Positions 46,040 through 55,256 of a stretch of DNA of 64,000 nucleotides are shown here, piece after piece. This DNA is from Candidatus Poribacteria bacterium (lineage in GTDB: Bacteria > Poribacteria > WGA-4E > JAJDTR01): contig CBDDPW010000020.1 in the NCBI GenBank assembly GCA_965232535.1, positions 213,702-277,701 of the forward strand, read 5' to 3'. Position numbers and translations under genes: made by a program. A model generated the notes under the pieces. The model ran no database searches. It was not told the origin of the DNA and worked only from the letters and a program-made list of their open reading frames with translations. Numbering within the stretch: the first letter of the stretch is position 1; each line of letters starts with the position of its first letter.

Positions 46040-46198
46040 GTGGGAGGGGCATCTTGCCCCGATGCAGGAGCGATTCTCTATCGAAAGCGGATTTCCATTG
46101 CATAATTGTTAAGTGAGTTGATTTATCGCTCACACGGAATATCGGGGCAAGAGAAGATCTCTATCGCCCTCGCTATCCACTCGGTTGATCCCTCCCAC
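46040..46198. repeat. REP-like units in inverted arrangement plus a copy of the phased TTCRCT/TTGATC repeat
   Basis: GTGGGAGGGGCATCTTGCCCC (46040-46060) and GCAGGAGCGATTCTCTATCG follow directly. Downstream are the inverted partner TCGGGGCAAGA (46142-46152), then AGATCTCTATCGCCCTCGCTATCCACTCGGTTGATCC (46155-46191), then CCTCCCAC (46191-46198). Confidence 0.6.
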
Positions 46199-46327
46199 AT
46201 ATAATCCAAGAATGCCCCGCTGGCGATAGTCAGGCGCAATACACTGCCAAACCAATATTGCCACTCGTTTTGGCTGAACTAAACAGTTGCGTAATTTGTA
46301 TAATCCTCAACGCTAAAAAGGAGACAA

Positions 46328-47425
46328 CTACCGGGATTTGGCTCTACTTCTCCCTGGTGTCGGTACACAGACATAGACCCACGGATTCCGAGCACGCAGG
46401 TCGATTTGAAATCTCTGTTTCGTTGTGAAAGCGGGTTGTGCTTTCAACAGACTGTCAAGGGCAAATCGTTGTGTCGTGAGTAACACCATTCGTCCCGTGG
46501 GTTTCAATGCACGTTCGCACTCGGTAAGAAACTCCCAATAGAGTTCGGCACCCTGGGATTCATCGCCACCCATTTCTCCGGAAGGCAAACTGCATACGAT
46601 TTTATCGACGCTTCGCCGATCGAGCGGCAGCGTCTGACTGTCCCAGTAGAAGAGTTGCCGTGGTTGATGTTTTCGTCCGATGTTTGTTTGTGCGGCTTCC
46701 ACAGCCTCCAGCGAGTTGTCTCCCCCGAGGAGGTAACGGAAACGTCCCGAGTACGCCCGCTCGATGAGTATCGTTCCATCCCCGCACATCGGATCCACGA
46801 ATACGTCCTCCGGTTGTGGATCGGAGAGTTGAACAAGAGAGTATGCGACAGTGGGCCTAAGCGCCGTGGAAAAGTTGGCGCGTTTATAGTCCCGCCTCGC
46901 CATGTTGCTAGGGGAGAGCTTTATGCTGATAATGACTCTTTCTTCATCGGCCTCCACCCAAATCTCTAGTGCAGGGTTCTCCTCAATCGGGCGCCATCCA
47001 TAGTCAACAAATGCACGCTCAACGCCGCGCTGGAGGTCGGCGCGGCGGAAATTACGCAATCCGATCATCCGGCTTCTTACGGAAAAAGTGACTCGCTTCC
47101 GCAGCCGAATGCCTACCCGCCTGCAAATCTCAAAATAAGGTTGAAAGTCAATGCGCCCTAGCGATTTCTCGAGTGCTGTCAAAGAACGACGCGAGCGCGT
47201 CATTTTTGGCAGCGCCTTGACAACCAAGAACACCTGTTCCGCGGATCTAAGGGATAGAAGTTCCCGCGGGTCGCCCGAATAGCGAATCAAGATGCGTTCC
47301 GGTTCTTGCGCAACGAATTCAAACCTGCCCTTGTTCAACAAACGGCGTTGAATCTCCCGACGAGTGATTTCCACAAGCCCGCGGCGCATTAGGACTGAAT
47401 AAAGGGGGTACGCTGTTTCTCTCAT
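46328..47425 (-). CDS. THUMP-domain class I SAM-dependent RNA methyltransferase (start uncertain)
   Basis: SAM motif I VFVDPMCGDGTILIERA. The N-terminal region has a THUMP-like layout. Motif IV reads CSLPSG rather than NPPY. The upstream in-frame extension to 47557 would overlap the preceding gene, so ATG 47425 was chosen. Confidence 0.7.
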   Translation of the reverse strand: MRETAYPLYSVLMRRGLVEITRREIQRRLLNKGRFEFVAQEPERILIRYSGDPRELLSLRSAEQVFLVVKALPKMTRSRRSLTALEKSLGRIDFQPYFEICRRVGIRLRKRVTFSVRSRMIGLRNFRRADLQRGVERAFVDYGWRPIEENPALEIWVEADEERVIISIKLSPSNMARRDYKRANFSTALRPTVAYSLVQLSDPQPEDVFVDPMCGDGTILIERAYSGRFRYLLGGDNSLEAVEAAQTNIGRKHQPRQLFYWDSQTLPLDRRSVDKIVCSLPSGEMGGDESQGAELYWEFLTECERALKPTGRMVLLTTQRFALDSLLKAQPAFTTKQRFQIDLRARNPWVYVCVPTPGRSRAKSR

Positions 47426-47525
47426 ACCAATCGACTTTGGGAACACGGAACGCCCCAGAATCGTAATTCCACGCACAAGGTGCACGACATTTCTTGCGGG
47501 AAAGGAGATCCCTCCTACCGAAGGA

Positions 47526-48713
47526 CTATACGACCCCCTCTCGCTCCAACTTATCAACCGTCTCGGGAGATTTTGCTAGCAAACCCGTCAGGATTTTTGC
47601 GGTGTGTTCCCCAAGCGCCGGAGCGGGAGAGGTAACCTGACCCGGTGTCTCCGAGAACTTAATGGGTACGCCCGGCACCTCCACACTCCCGGTCATGTCG
47701 TGTGAAACTTTGGCAATCATCTCTCGCGCAAGTACCTGCGGGTGGTTCACAACTTTGTCAATCGTGTTGATGGGACCGCAGGGGACACCCAACGCGTCCA
47801 ATCCTTCAATCCACTGGGCTGTGGTGCGTCCTCGCATAATCTCGGTAAGAATGGGGTGGAGTTGGTCATGGTTTGCTGTGCGCGAAGCGTTTGTGGCAAA
47901 GCGTTCGTCGCTAACGAGGTCGAGGCGCTCCACATGTTCGCAGAATTTCGTCCACAGGGAATCGTTACCTATCGCAATAATAATATATCCGTCTGCCGAC
48001 TCAAATGCTTCAAAAGGTGTAATCGCCGGATGTTGGCTCCCCAACGGCTGCGGAATCTCGCCCGTGGCGAAGTGCCGCACAATGGCATTCTCCAAAATTG
48101 CGACCATGCCATCCAGCATAGCAACATCGACCAACTGTCCTTCTCCCGTCTGGTCTCGGTGCCGCAGCGCGGAGAGAATACCAATCGCCGTAAACAGGGC
48201 AGCCGTGATGTCGCTTATCGAAGTGCCGACGCGCACCGGCGGACGGTCCGGTTCGCCCGTGATGCTAATGATACCCCCCATCCCTTGGATAATCATGTCA
48301 TACGCCCCTCTCTCGGCATAAGGACCGGTTTGACCGAACCCCGAGCAGGCGGCGTAGATCAATGAAGGCTGAGATTCCCTGAGCGTTTCATAGTCAAGCC
48401 CCAGTTTCTTCATCGCGCCGGGTCGAAAGTTCTCCACGAGAACGTCGGACTGCTTGACCAACTCCAAAAAGATTTCTTTTCCCTGCGGCGCCTTCAGGTC
48501 GAGCGTCAAGCTCTGCTTGCCCCGATTGACGCTCATAAAGTAGAGGCTGAACCCGTTCTTGAAGGGGCCGAAGTTGCGTGCTTCGTCGCCGGTGCCGGGC
48601 TGCTCAAGCTTGATGACTTCGGCACCGAGATCGCCCAAGACCATTGTGGCGTATGGACCTGCCAATACTCGCGTAAGGTCGAGCACTCTAATTCCCGTTA
48701 ACGCACCTGGCAT
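47526..48713 (-). CDS. family III CoA-transferase (CaiB/BaiF type)
   Basis: GIRVLDLTRVLAGPYATMVLGDLGAEVIKLE at the N-terminus, catalytic-Asp region GTSISDITA, and length 395 aa. Confidence 0.9.
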   Translation of the reverse strand: MPGALTGIRVLDLTRVLAGPYATMVLGDLGAEVIKLEQPGTGDEARNFGPFKNGFSLYFMSVNRGKQSLTLDLKAPQGKEIFLELVKQSDVLVENFRPGAMKKLGLDYETLRESQPSLIYAACSGFGQTGPYAERGAYDMIIQGMGGIISITGEPDRPPVRVGTSISDITAALFTAIGILSALRHRDQTGEGQLVDVAMLDGMVAILENAIVRHFATGEIPQPLGSQHPAITPFEAFESADGYIIIAIGNDSLWTKFCEHVERLDLVSDERFATNASRTANHDQLHPILTEIMRGRTTAQWIEGLDALGVPCGPINTIDKVVNHPQVLAREMIAKVSHDMTGSVEVPGVPIKFSETPGQVTSPAPALGEHTAKILTGLLAKSPETVDKLEREGVV

Positions 48714-48879
48714 GGGTCAATTTATAGCCTTTCGGTCATGATGTCGGATTCCAATTTTTGTTGCAAAGCGGGCCACAAAAGAAGCGGCATTCACCGTCGG
48801 GTTTCGCGCCGTGAAATCATAGCAAAGGGAAGCGGCAGTGTCAAGAGGTTTCCCGTTCGGAGCGGCGCGCCGTTTCGCA

Positions 48880-48908
48880 TTGAAATTGCGAATAGGATGG
48901 GGTATAAA
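48880..48908 (+). promoter_or_regulatory. candidate sigma70 promoter for the TPR lipoprotein gene
   Basis: TTGAAA (48880-48885), a 17-nt spacer, then TATAAA (48903-48908). It lies 100 nt upstream of ATG 49008. Confidence 0.4.
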
Positions 48909-49007
48909 TGGATGCGAAATTCTTATTACGCGCGACGTCAGAAAACTGCAATCTCGGCGAAGGTGAATTCGATTGTCTTCAAGGTGCTTATTACGGAGAA
49001 ATATGCG

Positions 49008-49604
49008 ATGTGCAACTATGCGGTGGGGTGTTCTGTTCTTCTGCTATTTTCTCTAATCGTCGGCTGCTCCGATGACGTAGACCCCAACACCGAAGCTGCA
49101 CGCCAGCAGCAAACGAACGGATGGGCCGCATACGACCAAAAAGACATTGCGGCGGCACTGCTGAGTTTTGAGCGAGCAGTCAACCTCAATCCCAATCTTG
49201 CGGACGCCCACAACGGTCTGGGTTGGAGCCGTCTCGGCATGTCACAAGTGTCCGTAGTCAATCCTCAGATTGTTGGGAAGGCAAAAGAATCATTCGAGGA
49301 TGCGATACGCATTGATCCGTCCAACGCGGACGCTTGGGTTGGCTTGGCAAATACCCTGTTTCTGCGTCGAGGAGACGATTCCGACTTTCAAGCGGCACTT
49401 CTAGCTCTTGAGAATGCGTTTGACGCAAACCACCAATTCCTCTTTCGACACGATTACCACTCCGCGTCGGATCTTCACGCACTGAAAGCCGCGTGCTATT
49501 TCTATCTCGGGAAGAAGGACTTGGCGAAGGCATCGGTTCAAACGGCAATCAACCTTGATTCCCAAAATCCGTCGGCGCTGTCGCTTACGAGATTATTGGA
49601 ATAA
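49008..49604 (+). CDS. TPR-repeat lipoprotein
   Basis: Start at ATG 49008 (RBS GGAG). Lipobox LFSLIVGCSD. Three to four TPR-like units (AAYDQKDIAAALLSFERAVNLNPNLADAHNGLGW...). Confidence 0.75.
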   Translation: MCNYAVGCSVLLLFSLIVGCSDDVDPNTEAARQQQTNGWAAYDQKDIAAALLSFERAVNLNPNLADAHNGLGWSRLGMSQVSVVNPQIVGKAKESFEDAIRIDPSNADAWVGLANTLFLRRGDDSDFQAALLALENAFDANHQFLFRHDYHSASDLHALKAACYFYLGKKDLAKASVQTAINLDSQNPSALSLTRLLE

Positions 49605-49762
49605 TCTTGTCCGGGCTGAAATGAACGGAAGCCGTATTTCCAACGGGATGGCAATGACGTAAATGGAAACCGTAGAGGGGTTTGAGATATTGTTACGTGT
49701 GTAATGGTCGATGATTGGCGGATTGCTGCCGCACGTGATCGGCTGTTGTCCTCCTACAACTC

Positions 49763-49784
49763 GGGAATCGGAATTCCCTCCTAC
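49763..49784 (-). repeat. REP-like hairpin GGGAATCGGAATTCCC + TCCTAC
   Basis: The minus strand reads GTAGGAGGGAATTCCGATTCCC, the same family as 23550-23571. A second CCTAC tail lies at 49753-49757 and a fragment TCTCCGAATCGC follows. Confidence 0.7.
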
Positions 49785-49849
49785 AGTTCTCCGAATCGCT
49801 ACAATTCAGTAACAAAAAACGTGCGAATCGATTGAAGGATTTCTAAGAT

Positions 49850-50146
49850 TCACTCTCCTTCAATCAGTTCCCCACCTTTTTTCACGAAGGCAATGGAGCC
49901 TTTTGAAACCTCGACTTTGACGTTCTGATCTCCGATTTCAGCAATCGAAAGTACGACAAGATCTTTGTCCACGCCGACGATTTTGCCGTGCAATCCTCCG
50001 TTTGTTACAACCTCATCCGCCTTCGTCAGATTTTCTAGCATAGCCTGGTGTTTTTTCCGTTTTGTCTGTTCGGGGCGCCATAGCAGAAAGTAGAAAATCG
50101 CGAACATCGGAATGAGCATAAAAAGCGTACCGGTAATTCCGTCCAT
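49850..50146 (-). CDS. yajC: preprotein translocase subunit YajC
   Basis: A single TM (LIPMFAIFYFLLWRPEQ) followed by KKHQAMLENL.KADEVVT.GGLHGKIV. Length 98 aa. Confidence 0.9.
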   Translation of the reverse strand: MDGITGTLFMLIPMFAIFYFLLWRPEQTKRKKHQAMLENLTKADEVVTNGGLHGKIVGVDKDLVVLSIAEIGDQNVKVEVSKGSIAFVKKGGELIEGE

Positions 50147-50164
50147 TTATCGTATCCTCCAAAG

Positions 50165-51193
50165 TTAAAGAATCAACATCGCATCACCGTAACTGTAAAA
50201 TCTATAGTTACGCTTTATCGCCTCGCGATAGGCTTTAAGGATTAACTCACGTCCCGCGAAGGCGCTAACAAGCATTAACAGTGTCGATTTGGGCAAATGA
50301 AAATTTGTAATCAGGGCATCGACCAGTTTGAATTGGTACCCCGGATAGATGAAAATATCTGTGTCGCCGGTATAGGGAGTGATGTTTCCTCCCGAAGCAG
50401 CGGTTTCGAGCGCGCGAACTGAAGTTGTTCCTACCGCCACAATCTTCTTCTCCGCCTCTTTAGCCGCATTGATGGTGTCGGCGGCCACCTGAGAAATCTC
50501 AAGATGTTCCGCATGCATCTTATGTCTTTCCGCGTTCCTTACCTTAACAGGCTGAAAAGTGCCAAGCCCGACATGCAAGGTCAGCGTTGCAAAATTGAAT
50601 CCGTCCCGCTCCAGCCGTTCCAAGAGCGGTTTGGTGAAGTGTAATCCCGCAGTTGGCGCTGCAATCGCCCCTTCGGACGCCGCATAAACACACTGATACC
50701 GGTTTTCATCAGCCGGCTTGGGATCGCGTTTGATATAAGGCGGCAAAGGCACTTGACCGACCTCGGCGAGAATCTGGCGAAAGTCTTCCTTGAATTCAAA
50801 TCGAACAATCCGGCTGCCACCTTTCGCCAGAGCAAAAACTTCCGCCCGCAGCAAGCCTTCGCCAAACTCGACACGAGTACCCGGGACAACGCTTTTCCCC
50901 GGTTTTGCAAGCACCTCCCAGATATTTTTTCCTCGCTGTTCAACGAGTAGGAATTCAACTCGCCCACCCGAAGGGGATTTTTTCCCGATTAACCGTGCCG
51001 GAATGACTTTCGTGTCGTTGAGAGTTAGCAGTGCCCCCGCCGGCAGAAATTCATCGAGCTGCGAAAACCGTGCATGTCGAAATACACCCGAGCGTCGATT
51101 GACAATCATCAACCGGGACGTGTCTCGCCGCAAAACAGGAGATTGTGCGATCAAATGCTCGGGAAGATGGTAATCAAAATCGGCGAGTCTCAT
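50165..51193 (-). CDS. queA: S-adenosylmethionine:tRNA ribosyltransferase-isomerase
   Basis: MRLADFDYHLPEHLIAQSP, VPLPPYIKR, AAPTAGLHFT, VGTTSVRALE and FYSYGDAMLI are conserved QueA blocks. Confidence 0.95.
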   Translation of the reverse strand: MRLADFDYHLPEHLIAQSPVLRRDTSRLMIVNRRSGVFRHARFSQLDEFLPAGALLTLNDTKVIPARLIGKKSPSGGRVEFLLVEQRGKNIWEVLAKPGKSVVPGTRVEFGEGLLRAEVFALAKGGSRIVRFEFKEDFRQILAEVGQVPLPPYIKRDPKPADENRYQCVYAASEGAIAAPTAGLHFTKPLLERLERDGFNFATLTLHVGLGTFQPVKVRNAERHKMHAEHLEISQVAADTINAAKEAEKKIVAVGTTSVRALETAASGGNITPYTGDTDIFIYPGYQFKLVDALITNFHLPKSTLLMLVSAFAGRELILKAYREAIKRNYRFYSYGDAMLIL

Positions 51194-51267
51194 TCCCTAC
51201 CTTGACGAGTGGTCCATCTTGATTCAGGGGCGGCAATGCATCGGTTTTGCCGGAACGAGGAATCTCC

Positions 51268-52296
51268 TTAGAAGAACGAGCGTTGGAAGTCTTGGGGTAC
51301 CTCGTAGCCCAAGTGTCCATGGGCGATATCGGTCGCTACCCGTCCCGTAGGCGTCAATGTGAGGAAACCGAGTTTTATATAATAAGGTTCATACACTTCC
51401 GAAACCGTTCGCTCATCCTCGGTTAGTGCGATAGCGAGCGCTTTAAGCCCGGCACGCCCTTTGAACTTCTCAATCAGTGTTCGGAAGTAAAGCCTATCCC
51501 AGTCGTCCAAGCCCAGTTCATCGATTCCGTAGAATTCTAGCGCTTCAGCGGCGATTTCCAAACTGATGATACTATCACCTTTGACGGTAGCGTAATCGCG
51601 AATATTAGCCAGCAGTTTATTGGCAATGCGCATGGTACCCCGTGATCGACGACTCATTTCCTTTTCGGCTTCCTCGTCGATTTGGACGTTCATCTTATCG
51701 CTGTTTGTGCGAATGACAATCTGAATCTCGCTCGGCGTGTAATAATTCAGGTGCAGGCGAATGCCGAAGCGATCTCTGAATGGTCCCGCCAGCAATCCTT
51801 CGCGGGTTGTTGCCCCGACTAGCGTAAAACGGGAGAGCGGTACTTGCACAATCTCTGCCGAAGGTCCCTGTCCAATCGGCAAGTCAAGCGTATAATCCTC
51901 CATCGCAGGGTACAACGATTCTTGAACATGCCCTTTGATACGATGAATCTCATCTATGAATAGCACATCCCCGGGTTCAAGATTGGTCAAGATCGACGCA
52001 AGATCTATCCGCTCAATCACCGCGCCGATCCCCTGCTTAAAGCCACTCGACATTTCATTGGATATTATCTTCGCGAGCGTTGTTTTGCCGAGTCCGGGCG
52101 GACCGACCAAGAGAATATGCTCTAAAGCCTCTTGTCGTTGCTTGGCGGCTTCAATGTGTATCCGCAACTGCTCTTTGACTTTTTCCTGCCCGATGAATTC
52201 TCGCAGCGACTGGGGCCTCAGACTGTATTCCAAACTCTCATCCCCTTCATTTAGGGATTCCATCTGCTTAGAGGTGGTTTCGTGATGATTTTCCAT
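51268..52296 (-). CDS. ruvB: Holliday junction branch migration helicase RuvB
   Basis: LRPQSLREFIGQEKVKEQL, Walker A GPPGLGKTTLA, Walker B VLFIDEIHR and GATTR sensor. Confidence 0.95.
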   Translation of the reverse strand: MENHHETTSKQMESLNEGDESLEYSLRPQSLREFIGQEKVKEQLRIHIEAAKQRQEALEHILLVGPPGLGKTTLAKIISNEMSSGFKQGIGAVIERIDLASILTNLEPGDVLFIDEIHRIKGHVQESLYPAMEDYTLDLPIGQGPSAEIVQVPLSRFTLVGATTREGLLAGPFRDRFGIRLHLNYYTPSEIQIVIRTNSDKMNVQIDEEAEKEMSRRSRGTMRIANKLLANIRDYATVKGDSIISLEIAAEALEFYGIDELGLDDWDRLYFRTLIEKFKGRAGLKALAIALTEDERTVSEVYEPYYIKLGFLTLTPTGRVATDIAHGHLGYEVPQDFQRSFF

Positions 52297-52312
52297 ACAG
52301 CCTGTTTATTCG

Positions 52313-52909
52313 CTAAAGATATCGTAGCGCGACGCGGATGAGATCCTGCAAATTAGCATCGTGTCCCAGCGCTTTTTGCGCCTCCGTCATAGCTCGTTCA
52401 GCGTCAGATTCGGAAGCGCCCAACCCCACCAATGCTTGCACACCTTCATCCGAATACTCAGCGGGTGCCGCCGCCTCACTCTTGACCTCGAACTGCACCT
52501 TGCGAATCGAGTTTTTTAACTTAATGATGAAGAGTTGAGCAAGTTCCTTATTGAGGCGAGGCACGCGCATTAAGACCGCGGAATCCTCCCCAATCACTGC
52601 GCGCTGAAATTCCGACGGCGAAAGTTTTGAAACAATATTCTGTGCCAAACTGGGCCCCACTCCTTTCACGGTCAGCGCCAACTCAAACACCTTGAGATCA
52701 TCGCGCGAAGTAAAACCGTAGAGTTTGACCTCATTTTCTCTATTCTGATGATAGTGGGTGTAAAATGTGACTTGCGAGCCGATTGTTGGCAATTCGTTAA
52801 CCGTGCCGGACGGAATTTCGAGACTGTAACCAACCCCGTGAACATCAACGACGACCTCTCTTGCATCCTGCATCACAAGAGTGCCCTTAACGAACGAAAT
52901 CCACGTCAT
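52313..52909 (-). CDS. ruvA: Holliday junction DNA-binding protein RuvA
   Basis: N-terminal OB (ISFVKGTL...VDVHGVGYSL), HhH pair (LTVKGVGPSLAQNIVS) and a C-terminal domain III. It overlaps ruvC by 4 nt. Confidence 0.92.
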   Translation of the reverse strand: MTWISFVKGTLVMQDAREVVVDVHGVGYSLEIPSGTVNELPTIGSQVTFYTHYHQNRENEVKLYGFTSRDDLKVFELALTVKGVGPSLAQNIVSKLSPSEFQRAVIGEDSAVLMRVPRLNKELAQLFIIKLKNSIRKVQFEVKSEAAAPAEYSDEGVQALVGLGASESDAERAMTEAQKALGHDANLQDLIRVALRYL

Positions 52910-53415
52910 GGGGTGCGCCTCTCATGTTTTCCGCGTAGTTGGAGTATTTTGTAGGAGCGGGCGTGACAGATGGCTAATGCGAGTGCGTCTGCGGCGTGGT
53001 CGGGATGAGGGACTTCTGTTAGCTTGAGAAGCACCTGAACCATTTTCTGAATCTGCACCTTACTAGCGTTGCCGTAGCCGACAACAGCTTGTTTGATTTC
53101 GGGGGGTGAATACGTGAATACCTCGCATTCAGTGTTGGCAGCTGCTAACTTGACGATGCCCTTTACTTCGCCCACGCCAAGTGCGCTGCTCACATTCTTG
53201 CTGAAGAACACGTCTTCCAACACCAAGAATTCCGGCTGATACTGCTCCACTAAATAAATCACCTCATCGTAAATCTTCTTCAAACGATGAGGTGACTTGG
53301 TTTTACTCTCTGTTTTAATGTTGCCAAAATCGAGCGCTTGGAATTTGCCGTGATGTGTTTCAACAATCCCGTATCCGGTATTTGCAATGCCGAGGTCTAT
53401 TCCAAGTGTAATCAA
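52906..53415 (-). CDS. ruvC: crossover junction endodeoxyribonuclease RuvC
   Basis: ITLGIDLGIANTGYGIV (catalytic Asp), VLEDVFF (Glu) and HPDHAADALALAICH (Asp/His). Confidence 0.93.
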   Translation of the reverse strand: MITLGIDLGIANTGYGIVETHHGKFQALDFGNIKTESKTKSPHRLKKIYDEVIYLVEQYQPEFLVLEDVFFSKNVSSALGVGEVKGIVKLAAANTECEVFTYSPPEIKQAVVGYGNASKVQIQKMVQVLLKLTEVPHPDHAADALALAICHARSYKILQLRGKHERRTP

Positions 53416-53510
53416 GTTTAAATATCGTTGTAAGTCTCAGTCCGCAAGGTTGTAGACAGGCATCAAATGGCAGGCGCTGGACGTTTTTCGGTGGTGTTGA
53501 GGAATAGGGG

Positions 53511-54257
53511 TTATGCAGCAGCTTCTAAAATCTCGTCAGGAATATCGAAATTTGCGTAAACCTTCTGGACGTCATCGCTGTCCTCTAGTGCCTCCATCAA
53601 GCGTATCACCTGTTCGGCTTCTTTAACCGCAAGTTCTACCATATTTAGCGGAATCAAGCTTATTTCGGCAACTTCAATCTGGATACCGGTTTCTTCGACC
53701 GCGGTTCGGACGGAATCAAACGCTTCAAATGGCGTAATAATCTCAATCGTGCCGCCCAGCGGCGTTATATCGTCCGCACCAGCCTCCGCGGCGATCATAA
53801 AGAGCTCATCCTCATCAGTGCTCTCTTGATTGACTGCGATTAGGCCTCGTTTTTCGAACATCCATGACACACACCCGCGTTCCCCCATACTTCCGCCATG
53901 TTTTGTCAAAACATGCCTCACTTCTGCGACTGCTCGGTTTCGATTGTCCGTCAACACCTCAATCATTAGGGCAATTCCGCCAGGTCCATATCCTTCGTAT
54001 GTAATCTCTTCATATTCGGCGCCTTCAAGCTCACCGGTTCCGCGTAAAATCGCCTTTTCGATATTGTCGTTCGGTACGTTACTTGATTTCGCGGTTGCGA
54101 TGGCGGTACGCAGGCGCGGATTCATCTCGGGGTCGGCCCCGCCGGCACGCGCCGCAACAGTAACTTCCTTAATCAACTTTGAAAAGAGTTTGCCGCGCTT
54201 GGAATCGTTCGCAGCTTTTTTGTGTTTGATTGTCGACCATTTGGAATGTCCTGACAT
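53511..54257 (-). CDS. yebC: YebC/PmpR family DNA-binding transcriptional regulator
   Basis: Start at ATG 54257 gives MSGHSKWSTIKHKKAANDSKRGKLFSKLIKE..., the invariant YebC N-terminus. The upstream 20-aa extension is unlikely. Confidence 0.92.
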   Translation of the reverse strand: MSGHSKWSTIKHKKAANDSKRGKLFSKLIKEVTVAARAGGADPEMNPRLRTAIATAKSSNVPNDNIEKAILRGTGELEGAEYEEITYEGYGPGGIALMIEVLTDNRNRAVAEVRHVLTKHGGSMGERGCVSWMFEKRGLIAVNQESTDEDELFMIAAEAGADDITPLGGTIEIITPFEAFDSVRTAVEETGIQIEVAEISLIPLNMVELAVKEAEQVIRLMEALEDSDDVQKVYANFDIPDEILEAAA

Positions 54258-54340
54258 TAGCGCCCTCCTTAGCGCAAAATCCAAGCGTATTTTAGCACAT
54301 GGCTTAATGGGATGCAAGCAAATCCTGCGGCACTCTCATA

Positions 54341-54423
54341 GTAGCAGGCACACGCCGTGTGCCGTCCACAAAACGCGGCATCCGCGCTCTGTATTGATAC
54401 GCCATGCGGCGTATACCTACTAC
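54341..54423 (+). repeat. REP doublet (REPIN-like), copy A
   Basis: GTAG+CA+GGCACAC-gcc-GTGTGCC ... spacer ... ATACGCC-atgc-GGCGTAT+ACCTACTAC. Same architecture as the units flanking the RAYT gene. Confidence 0.8.
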
Positions 54424-54464
54424 TTTTCCCCAGATGTCCTTCGGCGCGTTTTTATGGTATAATT

Positions 54465-54577
54465 GTAGCAGGCACGCGCCGCGTGCCGTAGCGACTTGCG
54501 TACGCGTCGCGGGAAAGGAGTGCGATTCGATTTAGAGTGTTTATTTTTGTGAACGGCATACGGCGTATCTCTACTAC
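54465..54577 (+). repeat. REP doublet (REPIN-like), copy A' with compensatory stem change
   Basis: GTAG+CA+GGCACGC-gcc-GCGTGCC: the stem differs from copy A by a paired A>G / T>C change. It ends GGCATACGGCGTATCTCTACTAC. Confidence 0.75.
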
Positions 54578-54769
54578 CCTTCGTGTGTGTTATAGGATAA
54601 GGATAATCCTCTAATATTGAGAATCCGGGAGCAGAAAACTCCGGGGAGTTTACAAAGCGCGTCCTGCACCAATAGGAAGACCCTCGAAGAGGAAAATTAT
54701 TGGCTCATCAGAGTTAAGTGTGGAAATTAAATTTACTTAGGACTTGCGCGACGAAGTGTCCAAAAGAGT

Positions 54770-54795
54770 GTCGGAGCGATCTCCGAATCGCGACC
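54770..54795 (+). repeat. REP-like unit GTCGGAGCGATCTCCGAATCGCGACC (degenerate head)
   Basis: The plus-strand form of the unit repeated three times at 23484-23726, with GTCG in place of GTAG. Confidence 0.65.
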
Positions 54796-55256
54796 TCTTA
54801 TCGCACGCAAAACTCGATCCTACAGACGACGTGAAATATTCTGCGCCAATACAGCCCGAACCGCGTTAATTCTAATGTGCATAAGTCCTAGTTAAAATGA
54901 CTATATGCAGTCACATCTCGGCAGAAATCACTCTGTGGGTGGAAATGTCAAGTAGTTTTGTCAAGGGTACATACGTTAAAACATCCAGGATCATATTGGG
55001 TATCATTGCAATCAGCTGGACCTATAGGGCAAACTGCGTGTTCGTGTGGCAAGTTTCATTCCCATAGTCAACCCCGAAGACCCAAAAAACTCAAACTTTC
55101 ACCAATGGGTGGAAATATATTTGATCCGCAGCATTTGAATAGTAGGAGCCGCTATCGAGCAACCCCGTCGGACAATGGGCGAGGGCACCTCGCCCCTACG
55201 AATATGTGCACGGATGTGTTTGTATGGGTTAAGTGAGGGGAAAAGGAGAGAAAAAT

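Noticed and set aside
45882-46133. An 83-aa minus-strand ORF upstream of the cupin gene.
   Set aside because: It overlaps the REP-type palindromes at 46040-46090 and has no RBS or recognisable fold.
48738-49007. The 90-codon N-terminal extension of the TPR lipoprotein ORF, and similar extensions at 54258-54317, 45435-45527, 23246-23383 and 26067-26225.
   Set aside because: Internal ATGs preceded by Shine-Dalgarno sequences give canonical N-termini (a signal peptide or a conserved family start). The extensions are basic and low-complexity, or they overlap neighbouring genes.
54958-55236. A 92-aa plus-strand ORF upstream of the PhyH gene.
   Set aside because: It has no RBS or motifs, it runs into the RBS of the PhyH gene, and the region looks like eroded repeat/IS-end debris.
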